Assembly (NCBI RefSeq): GCF_009914755.1
Contig: NC_060947.1
Strand: one strand, 5' to 3'
From: the human T2T-CHM13v2.0 reference genome, Homo sapiens
Length of the DNA stretch: 64,000 bases
Below the pieces are notes generated by a model, which was not told where the DNA came from, searched no databases, and saw only the letters and a program-made list of their open reading frames with translations. Position numbers and translations under genes: made by a program. Of this stretch, positions 29,761-43,317 are shown one piece after another; the stretch's first letter is position 1, and each line of letters starts with the position of its first letter.

Positions 29761-31339
29761 AGATCCATCTCCTGGCTCCCTGGACATGTTTGAGAGCCTT
29801 TTTGTTTGATAATGCATCTCCAAGTGGGGATTTAGCATGCAGGACTCAATGTACAAGTGTTCATCTATACTTGTCATTTTGTCAATATCACTTGTGGCGT
29901 TAGGTAAGAAACAACTCTGCATATCATCAATCGTATTGGGTCTATAATATGGAAAGGCACATTGGGTCATTGAGACCTCAGGGTATATGTGGCCTGAGAG
30001 ATAACTAAATAGGGGCTTTTTATCTCCTCCTTTTTTTAGCTTCCACTTTTGCAGTCCCAATTTCTTTAAAACATGTGTCTTGAGCTAAATCAATAGATTG
30101 TACATTTCTCCATTCACTCTGTTCCAAAACAAGTTTTAACCTAATCCTCCTATTATCATCTGGGCATAAAAAATTATTTATTTGCCCACATCCTAGTGGG
30201 AAGCTAAATCAATAAGGAAAGAAGGATTTCACTTAGCCAGCATTAATTTTTACACCAGCTCTCCAGAGAAGGATACTAGTTTTATCATCCTTGGTCCCAA
30301 AATTGTTTGCATTTTCTTCACTAAAAACCATTTCATTATTTAATAAACCACATGATTTTCAATTCTAGTCTGTGCTAATTGATTTTTTCCTATGTATATC
30401 TTCAGTAGCTGGGAGAGCTTTCTCTAGATAGGGTAGCTTTCATTTTCATGTCTTCCTTATACACAGAACTCCATTCTGTTAGCAAGTTCCTCCATTATAG
30501 CTGAAGATCACTGTTCTCGAACTCCTTCCTATTAATTAATCACTATCTTTATACATATAATAGTAGTATAACTGCCAGCAAAAAATAAAATAAGTTTAGT
30601 CTTAAAACAGGTTTTCCTTCACTGAAAACTACTCTAGACAGCATAAACATTGGCTTCAGTATGATATTTTGCCATATAAATAACATAAATTGTCTTGTTA
30701 TTTTTCAAGCACTGGTTGCAAAACGACAAGCGTACAATTGCAAACTGAAATCTGTCAACAGGAAGCTAAGGCTGAATTCTGCTCAAAATGGCAGTTGTGA
30801 ACACCTTTGTTAATTAGCATCCTATCTACATTTATCATGAATTTTAATCTTTTGTTTAAATGGGAGTGACTTTTATATCTGAGAGAGGGGTAATGTTTAG
30901 TAATAAGCTTAAAGCTGACAAGATGTGAATTGCAGATCTTGCATTTTCTAAACAGAATCCACTGTGCTTCATTCACGTGCATTGCTATGTCACAGACTTT
31001 AGTTCTCACAAAGGCCCAAGTCTCAAGTCAATAAATAATCATGAGCCACAACACAGCATAATCCTTATTCACACGTTTTTCTATTAGCTATTCTTTATAA
31101 CATAAAAGATGATCTTTAATATTGACCTCAAGTGGAAAAAATTATAATACTAATAGAAAAGGCTTGTATGTAATGTGTGGATTTATAATATTTCATCATC
31201 CTCAAATTGACTTGGCCTACAAAAGGTACTCTACTGGAGGGGTGTAGTGTGAGGAGGGAGACATATACAAGTCAAAATCTTATGTTTTATCCCTTAAACA
31301 AGAGCTTCAAAATTGTATTTATTGAATAATTGTATTTCT

Positions 31340-31550
31340 TGAAAATAAGCTTTGGTGTTAGATAAGAATTTGAGTACTGTCTGTATTACTTATAAATTAC
31401 AATAATTCACTTACTATATCTCAGTCTCGGTTTCTACAACTAGAAATAGAGCTAATAATATAATATTGGAAATAACTGTTGGGATTATTGTAAGGATGAA
31501 GTGAGGAATTACATGTATACCTTTTATTATAGTTATTGAGGCACACCTTC
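31340..31550 (+). mobile_element. MIR
   Basis: gctttggtgttagataag...ctcagtctcggtttctacaactagaaataga...ggattattgtaaggatgaa. Confidence 0.65.
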
Positions 31551-32639
31551 AAGAATACTTCTATCTCTTTACAAAGGGGTTAAGAGATAACATACAGCCC
31601 ATTTACTTTCACCTCCAAAGAAATGAGGAGAATGCCAGTTCTCTGTAATAAATCAGTGGAGAAGGAATTAGGCTGGTCCTGGGGTTGCTTCAGTGTCTGC
31701 CTTTGGGGAGATAGGTGCTTGGAGTAGACTTATTCTTTCAATGGCTTCTTATTAGAGAGTTGGGAAGAGATCCACATATTTTAGCCCTGAACGTTGCCCA
31801 GGAGTCAGAGGAGGAGTAGAGAATTAGATACAGTGAAAACATAAAAACTCACCAACATGACATGACTGAAGAGAACACAGATATATTTCTGTAAAATGAA
31901 AGGCTAGCATCTGAGATGAAAATCTAGAAGAAAGAGAGTAAACCAGCCTCAAATTCTGGATTAAAAAGATCTGCATAATTTGAAAAATCAAAATTATTTT
32001 TTCAATAGCATTGTAATTGAGTACAGGTGTAACCTATCATGGTAGTTTTATTACCAGTTATGTGGTAGGGATATTTTAGCATGATCCATTTTCATAGAAG
32101 CCATTTTTTGCCTATTCTAAATTATAAGTATTAAAAGGATGCATGAATTCATTAAATTATTTTTAACTCAGCTCATTATTATATTCAGCTTGACATCTCA
32201 GGCAGTTGCAAATTTTTAACTAACTTACCAAAACGTCCTTTGTTAAGAATTAAGTTGCAATCCTTCCAACTTCTTATAGTTGAAGTAAAAACCTTTCAAA
32301 AACAAAAAGATATCTATTTTGAAGGTATATTACATATAGAACTATAGACAATCAGAGCCAGAAAGACAGTAGAAATGGTTTAGTTCAACCCTCATTGCAC
32401 ATATGAGGAAACAGAATCATTCCCTGATACCCATACTAGGTTGAGAAACGTAGTGAATAAGAAATGAACCTGTGACATATTTAGAGAACACATAATATAT
32501 TTAAGGCATTATACTACAGAGTGTAATAAAAGGAACTGATTAAGACATTCTTTCTGTACTGCAAAGGCTAATGATTTAGCCCAAGGATTAGACGTGTGTT
32601 TGTGGAGCAATGGTATGAGGTAGTTCATTATAATTAGTA

Positions 32640-32935
32640 GGCCAAGTGCGGTGGCTCATGCCTGTAATCCCAGCACTTTGTGAGGCTGAGGTGGGAGGAT
32701 CACTTGAGGTCAGGAGTTCAAGACCAGCCTAGCCAATATGGCGAAACACTGTCTCTACTAAAAAATACAAAAATAAGCTAGGTTTAGTGTCACACACCTG
32801 TAATCACAGCTACTCAGGAGGCTGAGGCACGAGAAACTCTTGAGCCTGGGAGGCAGAAGTTGCAGTAAGCCCAGTAAGCCAAGATTGTGCCACTGCACTC
32901 CAGCTTGGATGACACAGACTGTGTCTCAAAAATAA
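32640..32935 (+). mobile_element. Alu (AluSz/Jb-like)
   Basis: Full dimer starting ggccaagtgcggtggctc, with a small cagtaagcc duplication in the right arm. Confidence 0.95.
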
Positions 32936-34021
32936 TTAATTAATTAACTAAAAATAAGTAGTACAAAATGCTGAATAAATTAAGTTGGAAAGATGTTCCT
33001 GGAGAGTCTTATATTGAAAGAAGCTTCTTGTGCAGGGTAGCATTTTAATTCAGTCTCTAATTTTTGCCCCTTCTGTTATTGTATATCAGTTCACTTATTA
33101 ATAAATGAACCAGGCCTACCCAGTGCTAAAACAGCCCCTGCTGCCTTAAGCTTCAAGTATACTCAGTGTCAGGTTGATGCCCATGGCCTTAAATACCAGG
33201 CGGATACCAACAGATACAAGTTCCAGGCCTGGCCAATGTCAGGCCAGTCCCCAAGGCCCCAGCTTCCAGACTGGCCCTTGTAGTTCCATGTTTCAAAAGA
33301 CCTAGGTTCCAGGCCTGCTCCAGCAGACCCAGGGTCCAGACCTGTCCCAGTAGACTCCAGAGGTGGACCAGCCCCCATGAATGAAAGCTCTCTAGGGCTG
33401 CCCCTTTGTACCCAGATCCCAGAATAGTTTCCAAGGCCCCAAGCCCCAGGACATCCCTCATAGACCTAGCCTTTAGGCCAGCACCTGAATATTATTATCC
33501 ACACCAACACCAGCAGATACAGGCTCAAAGCTAGTCATCATGACTTCAGGCCCCAGGCCAGTCCCAGTGGCTCCAGGTACAAAGCTAGTTCCTATGATCC
33601 TAGGATCCAGACCAGTCAATCACAGACCCTGGTTCTATGCTGGCCCCAGCATAAGGTTGCTCCCAGCTTCAAGGACTGTCCCTGGGGAACCATGTTCCAA
33701 AAAATACAGGAACTAGTCCCACTCCTAAATCCAGGGACAATGTATGGAGTAAAAGTATAAAGTTATGTATGTGATCAATGCTATCAGCTTAAAATAGCCT
33801 GTTATGACTCTATGATTTTGTAAACTGTATGTTAATCACAAAGCAAAAAAAATTAGTAGATACGCAAAGGTGAAAAAGAAAGGAGTCAAAGCATTTTACT
33901 AGAAAAGAATAACCTCATCACAGAGGAAGGCAGCAAAAGAGGAGGAAAGTAACAAGGGTTCTACAACCAGAAACCAATGAACAAAATGTCAGTAAATTCT
34001 TACTTCAAAATAATTACCTTG

Positions 34022-34326
34022 AGCTGGATGCAGTGGTTCATGCTTGTAATCTTAGCACTTTGGGAGGCTGAGGTGGGCAGATCACTTGAGGCCAGAGGTT
34101 TGAGACTAGCCTGGCCAACATGGCAAAAACGTATCTCTACTAAAAATACAAAAATTAGCCGGGCATGGTGGCGCACACCTATAATCCCAGCTACTCAGAT
34201 GGCTAAGGCATGGGAATCACTTGAACCTGGGAGGCAGAAGTTGCAGTGAGCCAAGATTGAGCCACTGGACTCCAGCCTGGGCAATAGAGTGAGACTCTGT
34301 CTATTAATAGAAATTAATAATAATAA
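34022..34326 (+). mobile_element. Alu (AluSz/Jb-like) inserted at the start of L1 ORF2
   Basis: Full dimer; taccttga is duplicated on both flanks. Confidence 0.93.
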
Positions 34327-34369
34327 TACCTTGAATATAAATAGATTACATTATACATTAAAAACACAG

Positions 34370-34875
34370 AATGATGTTGAGCATGTTTTCATATACTATT
34401 GGCCATTTTCATGTTTTTATTTAAGAAATATCTATTCAAATTATTGGCCCACTTTTTAATCAGACTATTTGGTTTCTTTTCTGCTGAGTCGATTGAGCTT
34501 ATTATGTAATTTGGATATCAACACCTTGCCAGATGTAGATTGAAAATATTTTTTCCCATTCTTCAGATTATTTCTTCACTCTGATGATTGTTTCCTGTGC
34601 CACACAGAAGCTTTTTAGCTTGGTGTAATCCAATTTGTCTATCTTTGCATTTGTTTCCTGTGCTTTGGAGATCTCTTCCCAAAAATATGTGCCCACACCA
34701 ATGTCCTGAAGAGTTTGCCCAATGTTTTCTTCTAGTAGTTTAATAGTTTTGGGTCTTACATTTAAGTCTTTCATTCACTTTGATTTGATTTTTGTATATG
34801 GTGAAAGATGAGGGTTTCTAGTTTTATTCTTCTGCATATGGATATCCACTTTTCTCTGCATCATTTATTGAAGAT
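34370..34875 (-). mobile_element. Inverted L1 ORF2 3' segment
   Basis: ORF 34568-34774 reads [25 protein letters not shown]...[14 protein letters not shown], on the strand opposite the flanking L1. Confidence 0.9.
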
Positions 34876-36625
34876 AAAAAAAAGCCCAAAGTTAGAAGGA
34901 AGAAAATATTAGAGATCAGAGCATAAACAAATGAAATAAGATTTAGAAAAACATTAGAGAAAGTTAATTGAATGGCTGCTTCTTTGAAAAGCTAAAGTCT
35001 ACAAACATTTAGCTACACTAAAATAAGAGATACAATTCAGATACATAAAATCAGAAATGAAAAAGAGGTCATTAACATGGTACCACAGATACAAAATGGT
35101 CATAAGAGACTACTATAAGCAATTGTATGTCAAAAAATCAAATAAACTAGAAGAAATAAATTCCTAGACACATACAACCTACCAAGACTAAATCACAAAA
35201 ATAGAACATTTCAATAGACCAATGAGAAAGGAAATTGAATCAGTAATTTAAAATGTTCCATCAAAGAAAACCACAGGATCTGATGCTCTCACTGGTGAAA
35301 TATACCAAACATTTAAAGAACTAATACTAGTCCTTCTGAAATTCTTCCAAAAAAAATAAGAGTACATGCTTTCCTTATATTATGAGGCCAGCATTAGCCT
35401 GATACCAAAACCAGACAAAGACACAACAACAACAACAAAAACTATAGACCAGTGTCCCTGATGAACACACATGCAAAAATTTTCAAAAAATTCTAGAAAA
35501 CAGAATTCAATTGCATATTGAAAAGATCATTCACCATGATCAAGTGGAATTTATCACAGAGAGGCATGAATATAACCAAATCTATAAATTTGATACACCA
35601 CATTGACTAAACAAAGGACAAAATCCATACGATCATCTCAATAGATGCAGAAAATGCATTTGACAAAAGTCAACATCACTTTATGAGAGAAATTTTCAAC
35701 AAATTAGCTATAGTAGGAACACACATCAAGACACTAATGGCCATATATGACAAACCTACAACTAACACCATACTCAACAGTGAAACATTGAAATATTTTT
35801 CTCTAAGATCAGGAACAAGAAAAGAATGTCCACTCTCACCATTTTTATTCAACACGGTACAGGAAGTCTTAAGAGTAATTAGGCAAGAGAAAAAATAAAA
35901 CACAACCAAATAGAAAAGAAAGATTTTTAAATTGTCATTGTCTGCAGATGACATGATCTTATATAGAGAAAAGTCTAAAGACTCCACCAAAAATTGTTAG
36001 AAATAACAAAAAAAGTCAGTAAAGTATACAGAACCAAGATACAAGAATCAGTAGTATACCTATAGACAACAAAATTTCTCAAAAATTAATTAAGAAAATC
36101 TGATTTATAATAGCTGCAAAAATAGAAATACTTAGGAATAAATTTAACCAAAGAAGTAAAACATCTACACAACAAAAACTATAAAACATACTGAGAGAAA
36201 TTTTAAAATATATAAATAAATATAAAAATATCTGGTGTTCATGGATTGGAGGAAATAGTGTTAAAGTATCTATACTACTCAAAGTAATATACACATTCAA
36301 TGCAATAACTGTCAAAATTCCAAAGAGATTTTCCATAGAAATAGAAAAGGCAATTTTAAAATTCATGTGAACCATAAAAGACCCCAAATAGCCAAAGCAA
36401 TCTTGAGCATAAAAATAAAACTATGCAGAAGGCATCACACTACCTGATTTCAAAATATAATACAAAGCTATAGTAATTATAACAGCACAAAGAGACAACC
36501 TACAGAATGGAAGAAAATATTTGCAAACCAAACATCTGATGAGGGGTTAATATCCAAAATGTATAAGGAAACCAAACAACTCAATAGCAAGAAAACAAAT
36601 GACCTGATCAAAAAATGGTTAAAAG

Positions 36626-36758
36626 GAGCTGGCCATGGTGGTACATGGCTGTAGTCAGTCCCAGCTCCTCAGGAGGGTGAGGCAGGAGGATCTCTTGAGC
36701 CCACAAGTTCGAGTCAAGCTTAGGCAACATGGAGAGATCTTATCTTTAAAAAAAAAAA
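36626..36758 (+). mobile_element. Alu monomer (FLAM-like)
   Basis: About 120-bp single arm, ...gaggcaggaggatctcttgagccc...gcaacatggagaga, with an A tail. Confidence 0.85.
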
Positions 36759-37842
36759 TGGTCAAGTGATCTGAATAGACATTTCTCAAAAGAAGACATA
36801 CAAATGGCCAACAGATACATGAAAAAAATGTTCAAAATAACTAATCTCCAGGAAATTGCAAATAAAATTTACGATGACCTATCACCTCACACTTGTTAGA
36901 ATGGCTCAAAAAATAAGAGATAAGTGTTGGTGAGGATGTGCAGAAGGGGAACCCTTGCACACTGTTGGTGGGAATGTGAATTTGTACAGCTATTATGGAA
37001 AACAGTATGGAGGATCCTCAAAAAAAATAAATATAGACTACAATATGATCCAGCAATTCCACCACTGGGTATACACAGAAATGAAATACAGTCATTATTT
37101 TGAAGAGATGTCTGCACTCCCTTCTTGTTCATAGCAGTATTGTTCAAAAGAGCCAAGGTATAGAATCAACCTAAGTGTCCATCAACAGATGAATAAATAA
37201 AGAAAATGTGGTATAAATACACAATGGAATACTATTCAGTTTTTATAAAGGATCCCTGTCATTTGTGATGACATGGATGAACCTAGAGGACATTATGTTA
37301 AGTGAAATAAGCCAAGCAAGGAGAGACAAATACAGCATGGTCTCACTCATATGTGGAATCTAATAACATTGAACTCACAGAAGCAGAGAGTATAATAATA
37401 GTTACCAGAACCTAAGGCAAGGTTGGTCAAAGGATCAAAAATTTCAGTTATATAAGAGAAGCACATTCAAAAGATCTATTGCACAATGTGGTTACTACAG
37501 TTAGTAACAATGTATTATGTTATTTAAAACTGCTTAAAGAATAGATTTTAATGGTCTGGTCACAAAAATAAGTATGTGAGATAATGCACATGTTAATTAT
37601 TTTGATTCAGCCATTTCCACAATGTATACATATTTGTAAACATCATCTGTACAGAATAAATACAATTTTTATTTGTCAATTATAGATAAATTAATTACAA
37701 TATATTACAAATATACTAAAGAAGATTATAATTTTTTTCCAAAATTCACATTTTCAATGAAATTTGGCTTAGGAAATACATCAAAGAAAATTGGATTCCT
37801 AAAGTTTGTAGACACAGATATTACACCTTGATTCTCTTTCTT

Positions 37843-38016
37843 TGTGGTTCTCAAACTTGAGCATCCATCAGAATCACCAGGGCTTGATAAAACACAGATT
37901 TCTGGAACTCACTCCAAAGTTTCTGATTCTATAGGTCTTGGAGAGTGGAACTCCAAAATGTACATTTCTAATTAATTTCCAGGTGATGTCGATGCTGCTG
38001 GCCCCAAGACCACACC
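37843..38016. mobile_element. MER5A (hAT-Charlie)
   Basis: gtggttctcaaacttgagcatccatcagaatcacc...tttctgattc...ccaggtgatgtcgatgctgctgg...gaccacac. Confidence 0.85.
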
Positions 38017-39954
38017 AACCATATGTTATTTTAATATGCCATACTAACTAGTCACATTCATTATATGTAGAATGTATAATTTATATTAAGTGATTTAGAT
38101 GTCTATTAATCATTAGCACAGAAAAAGGAATACCATATTTTGACCAAGGTAATAATATTCTAATTTTGAAAATCACTTTTTTTTGGTTCCATATACTTAA
38201 TTCTGTGGCACTAGTATATTTTATGTTTTCCTATTAACCTATCTAACTGATTCCTTTCATTATCATCAAGAATAATTGGCCACTTATTATGTCCTCAATA
38301 AATTGAGATAAAGTTGTGTATTACCTGATCTTTGCCTCGTGGTATCCATCTAGACTCCTAAAGTCTCTGAGAAATTACTCTTTTATATTTTGAAAATTTG
38401 TACATCACAGTGTTGCAGTTATGTAACAAGCATAAGTGGGTAAAGTGGTTGGTGTTTTAGTAAAATGGGATAAATACAAAAGAATTGCCTGGCTTTAACA
38501 ATTCTCTTTCTTAGAAAATAAAACTCTACTACTTACTTGTTTGTAAAATACCATTCCCTGTCACTACTCTCACTACTTGTGACATACCATAAGGTAATTT
38601 TGAGACTTCAGTGAGAATGCAGGGGAAGAGGCCGCATGCTTGCCACATGCAACATACAGGATTATTAAAATGAAGGTGACAATCTGGTTGCATGAGAACA
38701 TCATCATGTTGTTTCCAGTGAATGCACAGCTTTTTATTGCATAATTACATGAATATATTCATTTGTGGAAAATTATTTTTTCTCACCAATGTCATCTATA
38801 AAATAATAAAAAACAGATTTGTTTCATTTGCCCCAGCTGCACATGCTATCTTAGCAATCCTTTGAAGACTTCTATGTACTATGGCTCCAGTGAGAAATTT
38901 CTGAGTGAAGACAAGATAGCTTGATGGATGCTTCCCTACAATGCCCTCACAAAGGCATCAGGGTCACTTGATCAACGAAGGCACTATTCATCCCTGCCTC
39001 AAAATCATCAAAATAGTCAAAAGCTCAGTTTTAAAGCAGTTTCTGCATTTTGTAAACCAAAAAAGCCACATGAGTGCCTGACTTTTCCCCTTCCCTGATA
39101 GCACATAGGGCTATCCTTCAGCATACATATCAGAACCAAATATGTATAATAAATAAGCACATTAGAAAAAAAAGAGTGCTCTATATATTAGAATTGTTTG
39201 GGCCTAGTTTTACCTTAGAGCTGTTCCAAAATTAGTTGGCATTCCACTTATACAGTTCAAGCTCCTAAAATACAAAGACTCAGTTATCCATTCTAGACAT
39301 ATGCTAATCATCTTGGAACTACGCTCAGTGAGAGAGCATGCCAAGCAAGTCTGGAAACAATCACAGTCTGCCGTACATCAGAGAACTCCCAGATGTTTGC
39401 CTGATGCAGGCTTCCCTGGCAGGTGTCACCATAAGGAGATCCCAACCAGGGTTCTGTCAGCACAGAAAAGGCATGTGATACACCTTTTCACTGGTGGATA
39501 CATCAGCCATCTTCTCCAGATTGGAAACAAGGACCATATGGCATTTATTTTAAAGGATGTCACTAAGGTATCTTTCAAGGTTACTAAATGAGTCCTTCAC
39601 CTACCTTTTTAAAATAGACAGTTGCTCATTTTACCATCCAGGAAGTTTGAAGGTTCATATTTATTGAATCCCATTGTATATATCATAGCTCAATGCTTGC
39701 GGATCTTACACATAGAATTGTTTGAGACTGTGGTCAAAATATAGGGGAGGAAAGTGATTATTAAGGCAAAAACAAAATCACTGGTGGAAAGCAAAAGAAA
39801 ATTTATTCTCTAACATCAGGCTTTTCATTTTGTTTTCAAATCCCTATTTTAATTTCAAGTCTCCTGCCCAGTAGTAAAATCTCAATGATTCTGAGAGCAA
39901 GCTGGAACAGGAGTACATCTCAGAGGGATATCAGGTCTCCCAGTGTTTGCTTAC

Positions 39955-39966
39955 TACACACACATG

Positions 39967-40003
<37 letters not shown>
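39955..40003. repeat. Alternating purine-pyrimidine tract (CA)n-(CG)4-(CA)n
   Basis: tacacacacatgcacgcgcgcgcacacaca... read directly. Confidence 0.95.
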
Positions 40004-40100
40004 CAATGGGCTACAAACTCATACCTATGCCCTGCAAAAAATTCAAAATATCCAACCCTAATGACAATATTAAGCTGAGGAATATGCAGTATGTCAAAGG

Positions 40101-40288
40101 CAGTGTTTCTCAGTGAAGTCCTTGGACTCCTTGCATTAGAATATACTGGAGTGCTTGTGAAAAATATAGATATTCAAGCCTAGATATCTACATACTGATA
40201 GCTACGTTACTGGTATGCTGGATCAGTAAGTCTAAGTCTTAGGTTAACCTAAATGATACTTTGCTCAAGTGAAGTCGGGAACACAGTG
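40101..40288. mobile_element. MER5B-like hAT element
   Basis: cagtgtttctca...tgcattagaat...gtgcttgtgaaaaatataga...gggaacacagtg. Confidence 0.6.
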
Positions 40289-40689
40289 TGTAGCCTTGAA
40301 ATTCACCTCTTAATCTCCTTTATCTTGCCAAAATAATCTAAGATGTTTTATATAAATTTCCTCAGGGTGTCCCAAGGTCCCAAAACCAGCTATACTTGAG
40401 TAACAAGATTTTTAGGACAGCTTCACTGTGGAATTGTACTCAAAACTACTTTGAGGAAATTTGAAAGCAACCCTAGAGGCTGCCGGGTCTAAAAGAGGTC
40501 TGCATTTTAATTATTTGGCCTCTAAAGCATGAAGTCTTAGAGCTTTTAAATGGGCTTACTGATTTTCAGCTGGTGGAAAAAATTCTTCTCCCAGTCAAGC
40601 TGAAAATCTCAAGGATATTTATTATTCTTCTTAAGCCATTAGGTCTCATATTTCAAGGGAAAAAAAACCATAAAACCTTGCTTATTCTA

Positions 40690-41165
40690 TTTTTTAAAAA
40701 TATTTCTTTTACATGTCTTTCTCTTCAGCTTCACTTCTAAATACAATAGTTTTGATGTCAATGATTGTATGGCTGAATTAATGTAATAAACTCGTAGCTG
40801 ACTCCCTTATTCTTATCTCTCTCCTTTTCAATCATTCTTATGCACTTGTTCAAACTCAAACCTGCTCAAAGACTTATGATTCCTTATCTCCTAAAACAGC
40901 AGTCTAGACATGCCTGTATTTCAGTCATGAGATATGTCACAAGTTCCCCCTTTTCCTTCTGCTAGTATAAATCCTCTCTATTTTTTTTTAAATTTTGCTT
41001 CTAGTCCATCTATGTGAAAAGGCAAATAATAATACCCAGAAATATGTATCTTTTCTTCTTAATTAGATTCTAAACTCCTTTAGGGCTGGGAGAAAATCTT
41101 TGTAATCCTCTCCAAAACCAAGCATATTGCCTAAGTATTTGTTAAATAAATAAAATATTGAATGA
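40690..41165 (+). mobile_element. L2 fragment
   Basis: cctgctcaaagactt... and decayed L2 terminus taagtatttgttaaataaat. Confidence 0.5.
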
Positions 41166-43317
41166 TCCTGGATTAAGCCACGAACATCCATTCTTAGCTG
41201 CTGACCTGAGATGCCTCAGAGCAGTTTGTGGATTTTCTATGGGCTAAGTATAGGAGTTTGATCCTATTAATCACCTCCCAACTTACTCTTCAACGAGAAG
41301 CAATTGGTCCCAGAAGTTTGAAGCTTTTTCCTCACACGTGCAAAAACCAAGCAATTCTTCAAGAAGGATTTATCTTGGGAAAATGATACAAATTCTATGT
41401 CTAGCTGGATCCTGTTAATAGTTCCAAATTTCAATGTGTGAAAAAGATTCCAATCTTTACCACAGTGAAAAGTCTGTGATGTGAGAACCACTTGAAGAAA
41501 TTTTCCTTCTCTGATGAATGGCAGTAGACCATACAAAGATTTTAGTGGCTACAGATGCTACTGATTTAAGACATTGTAATAATTCCTTCAAAGGCAGTAA
41601 AACCAATCACGTCAAGCAATGTTTTAGTGCTTGCATGACTGAAATCAATTCAAATGCCAAGTTTGAGTAGCAGAATTGCATGTGTTGCTTAAAGATAATG
41701 CTGTGTTTCTTAGGGAAAAATGTATTAAATCAAATGTATTTTTATGGCCAAGCATGTTATTGTACCATTATCATTATTATTATTATAAATTGCAATCAAG
41801 AGACCTGAAAAAAAGAGGGATGCATAATATTTTGCCTGAATATACATCACTAAAAATCAAAATTTTCTCCCTATTTATACCTATTAGACTATCTCCAGCA
41901 CACACATACACATTCAGAGAGAGAAGGTGCTTGCACTTAATATTTTTTAAATTTTTAATTAAAATTAAAACCAAATGGAAATTACATTTTTTAAAGTTAA
42001 AAATTGCAAATGAAGTATAAATTAGGATACCTCTGCTACAAGTCATGTATTACAAATTCAGTGAACAGATTGGGTTTTAAAATGTGATATCTAGAGTGCT
42101 AAACTTTAAATAACATTATATATATTCTGATTTGACTGCCATACTTCTAAATTTATCTTTTGAGTATTTTTACCAAAGAAAATGATTTTTCCCATGAAGT
42201 TGTAAGCAGCTTAAAATAGTATTCAAGACAAATAGTTATGTTGAAAATGTTTTATAACAAAATCTAATGTTTGAAATTCACAAATTATCCAGGAAGAATC
42301 AGAAAAAAATAAGTTTTTATATCATCTAAAAATAATCAATTATTCAATGAAGTCATAATTATTTGAAGTCAATCAAATAATAGTGGTTGGACTTGGCAGC
42401 TAAACCAGTGAGCATCCAGATGCTTCCATTTCCTGGATTTAATTTTACATGACTGACAGTTCTATCACTCATCACATATTTAGTGTCTTGTTACTTTAAT
42501 TAGGATAAACTTAAGGGGGAAAAAGTGTTTTGGTACAGGGATTGTTTCCATTGGATACTTCAGAAGCATGAAGAAGATAGTTGCAATTAGGAAAACAGTA
42601 TCATTCAAAATATTAAAGGATTAAATAAAATATAATAAAAGATCTTAAAGTGTCCTTGGGGATCACTGGTTCAACCGCTTCATCTACACATAGGAAAACC
42701 AAGTCCAAAAAAAGTAAAATCAGTCATCTCTGCTCAACCTCCAAGGCAGGGTTAATTGTCCTTCCCATTATCTTGTGCTTTCTCTTGAGGGTAAAATACA
42801 AGTTTTCTATAAAATACAACTTATAAACAACTAAGAGTGTAGGTTTTGTTTTACCAGAGAGGTTCAGAAAAGGAGTCTTTATAGATTGCAATGGGTTTAA
42901 CTTACAATGATGTAATTAATTAAATGTACACACAAAATGATAAACATTTATAAAGGAAGTGCCTGTCACAACCTTGGTCCCTCTGAATTCAAACGTTATC
43001 TCCTCGTTCTTCTGCTCTGACTTTCCTGACTCCTTTACCAACTAAGATGCCCTAAGCAAACTGCCGAAGAGTGAGAAGACGTCACTGCTTGCACTACCAG
43101 GTCTGGATAGTTTCAAATCCTATACACCTATGTCCCTCGTAAACCCTGAAAGGATGCATTGCTAAGAGTAATTAGAAGAAAACACAAAAAGAAAATGGCA
43201 ACCACCTGAGAGATGACCAGGCTAGCAAGCCTAAGCCAAATACTGAGTAGAAAGCAGAATGAGTTTGCCTTTCACCTGTGGTGCATACCACAAGGATGGT
43301 TGCTGTTTCCCTAAAGG

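Larger units (their letters stand above)
33100..37690 (+). mobile_element. L1MA-class element (repetitive GC-rich 5' region, deleted ORF1, ORF2, 3'UTR) with nested insertions
   Basis: ccaggcc/cccag-rich 5' region at 33,100-33,740. ORF2 remnants at 35683-35898 ([25 protein letters not shown]) and tctgcagatgacatgatc. L1MA 3' end cattccacaatgtatacata-like at ~37,610-37,680. Confidence 0.85.

Noticed and set aside
29740-30060. 106-aa ORF and a nearby plus-strand GTAAGA donor
   Set aside because: Non-ATG start, ends in an L1 tail, no recognisable domain and no supporting exon chain.
33100-33740. GC-richer ccagg/cccag repetitive tract as a promoter or CpG island
   Set aside because: It is CpG-poor and sits at the 5' end of an L1M element, matching the repetitive 5' regions of old L1s.
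39301-39591. 96-aa ATG ORF in unique DNA
   Set aside because: No domain, promoter or splice support that I can identify.
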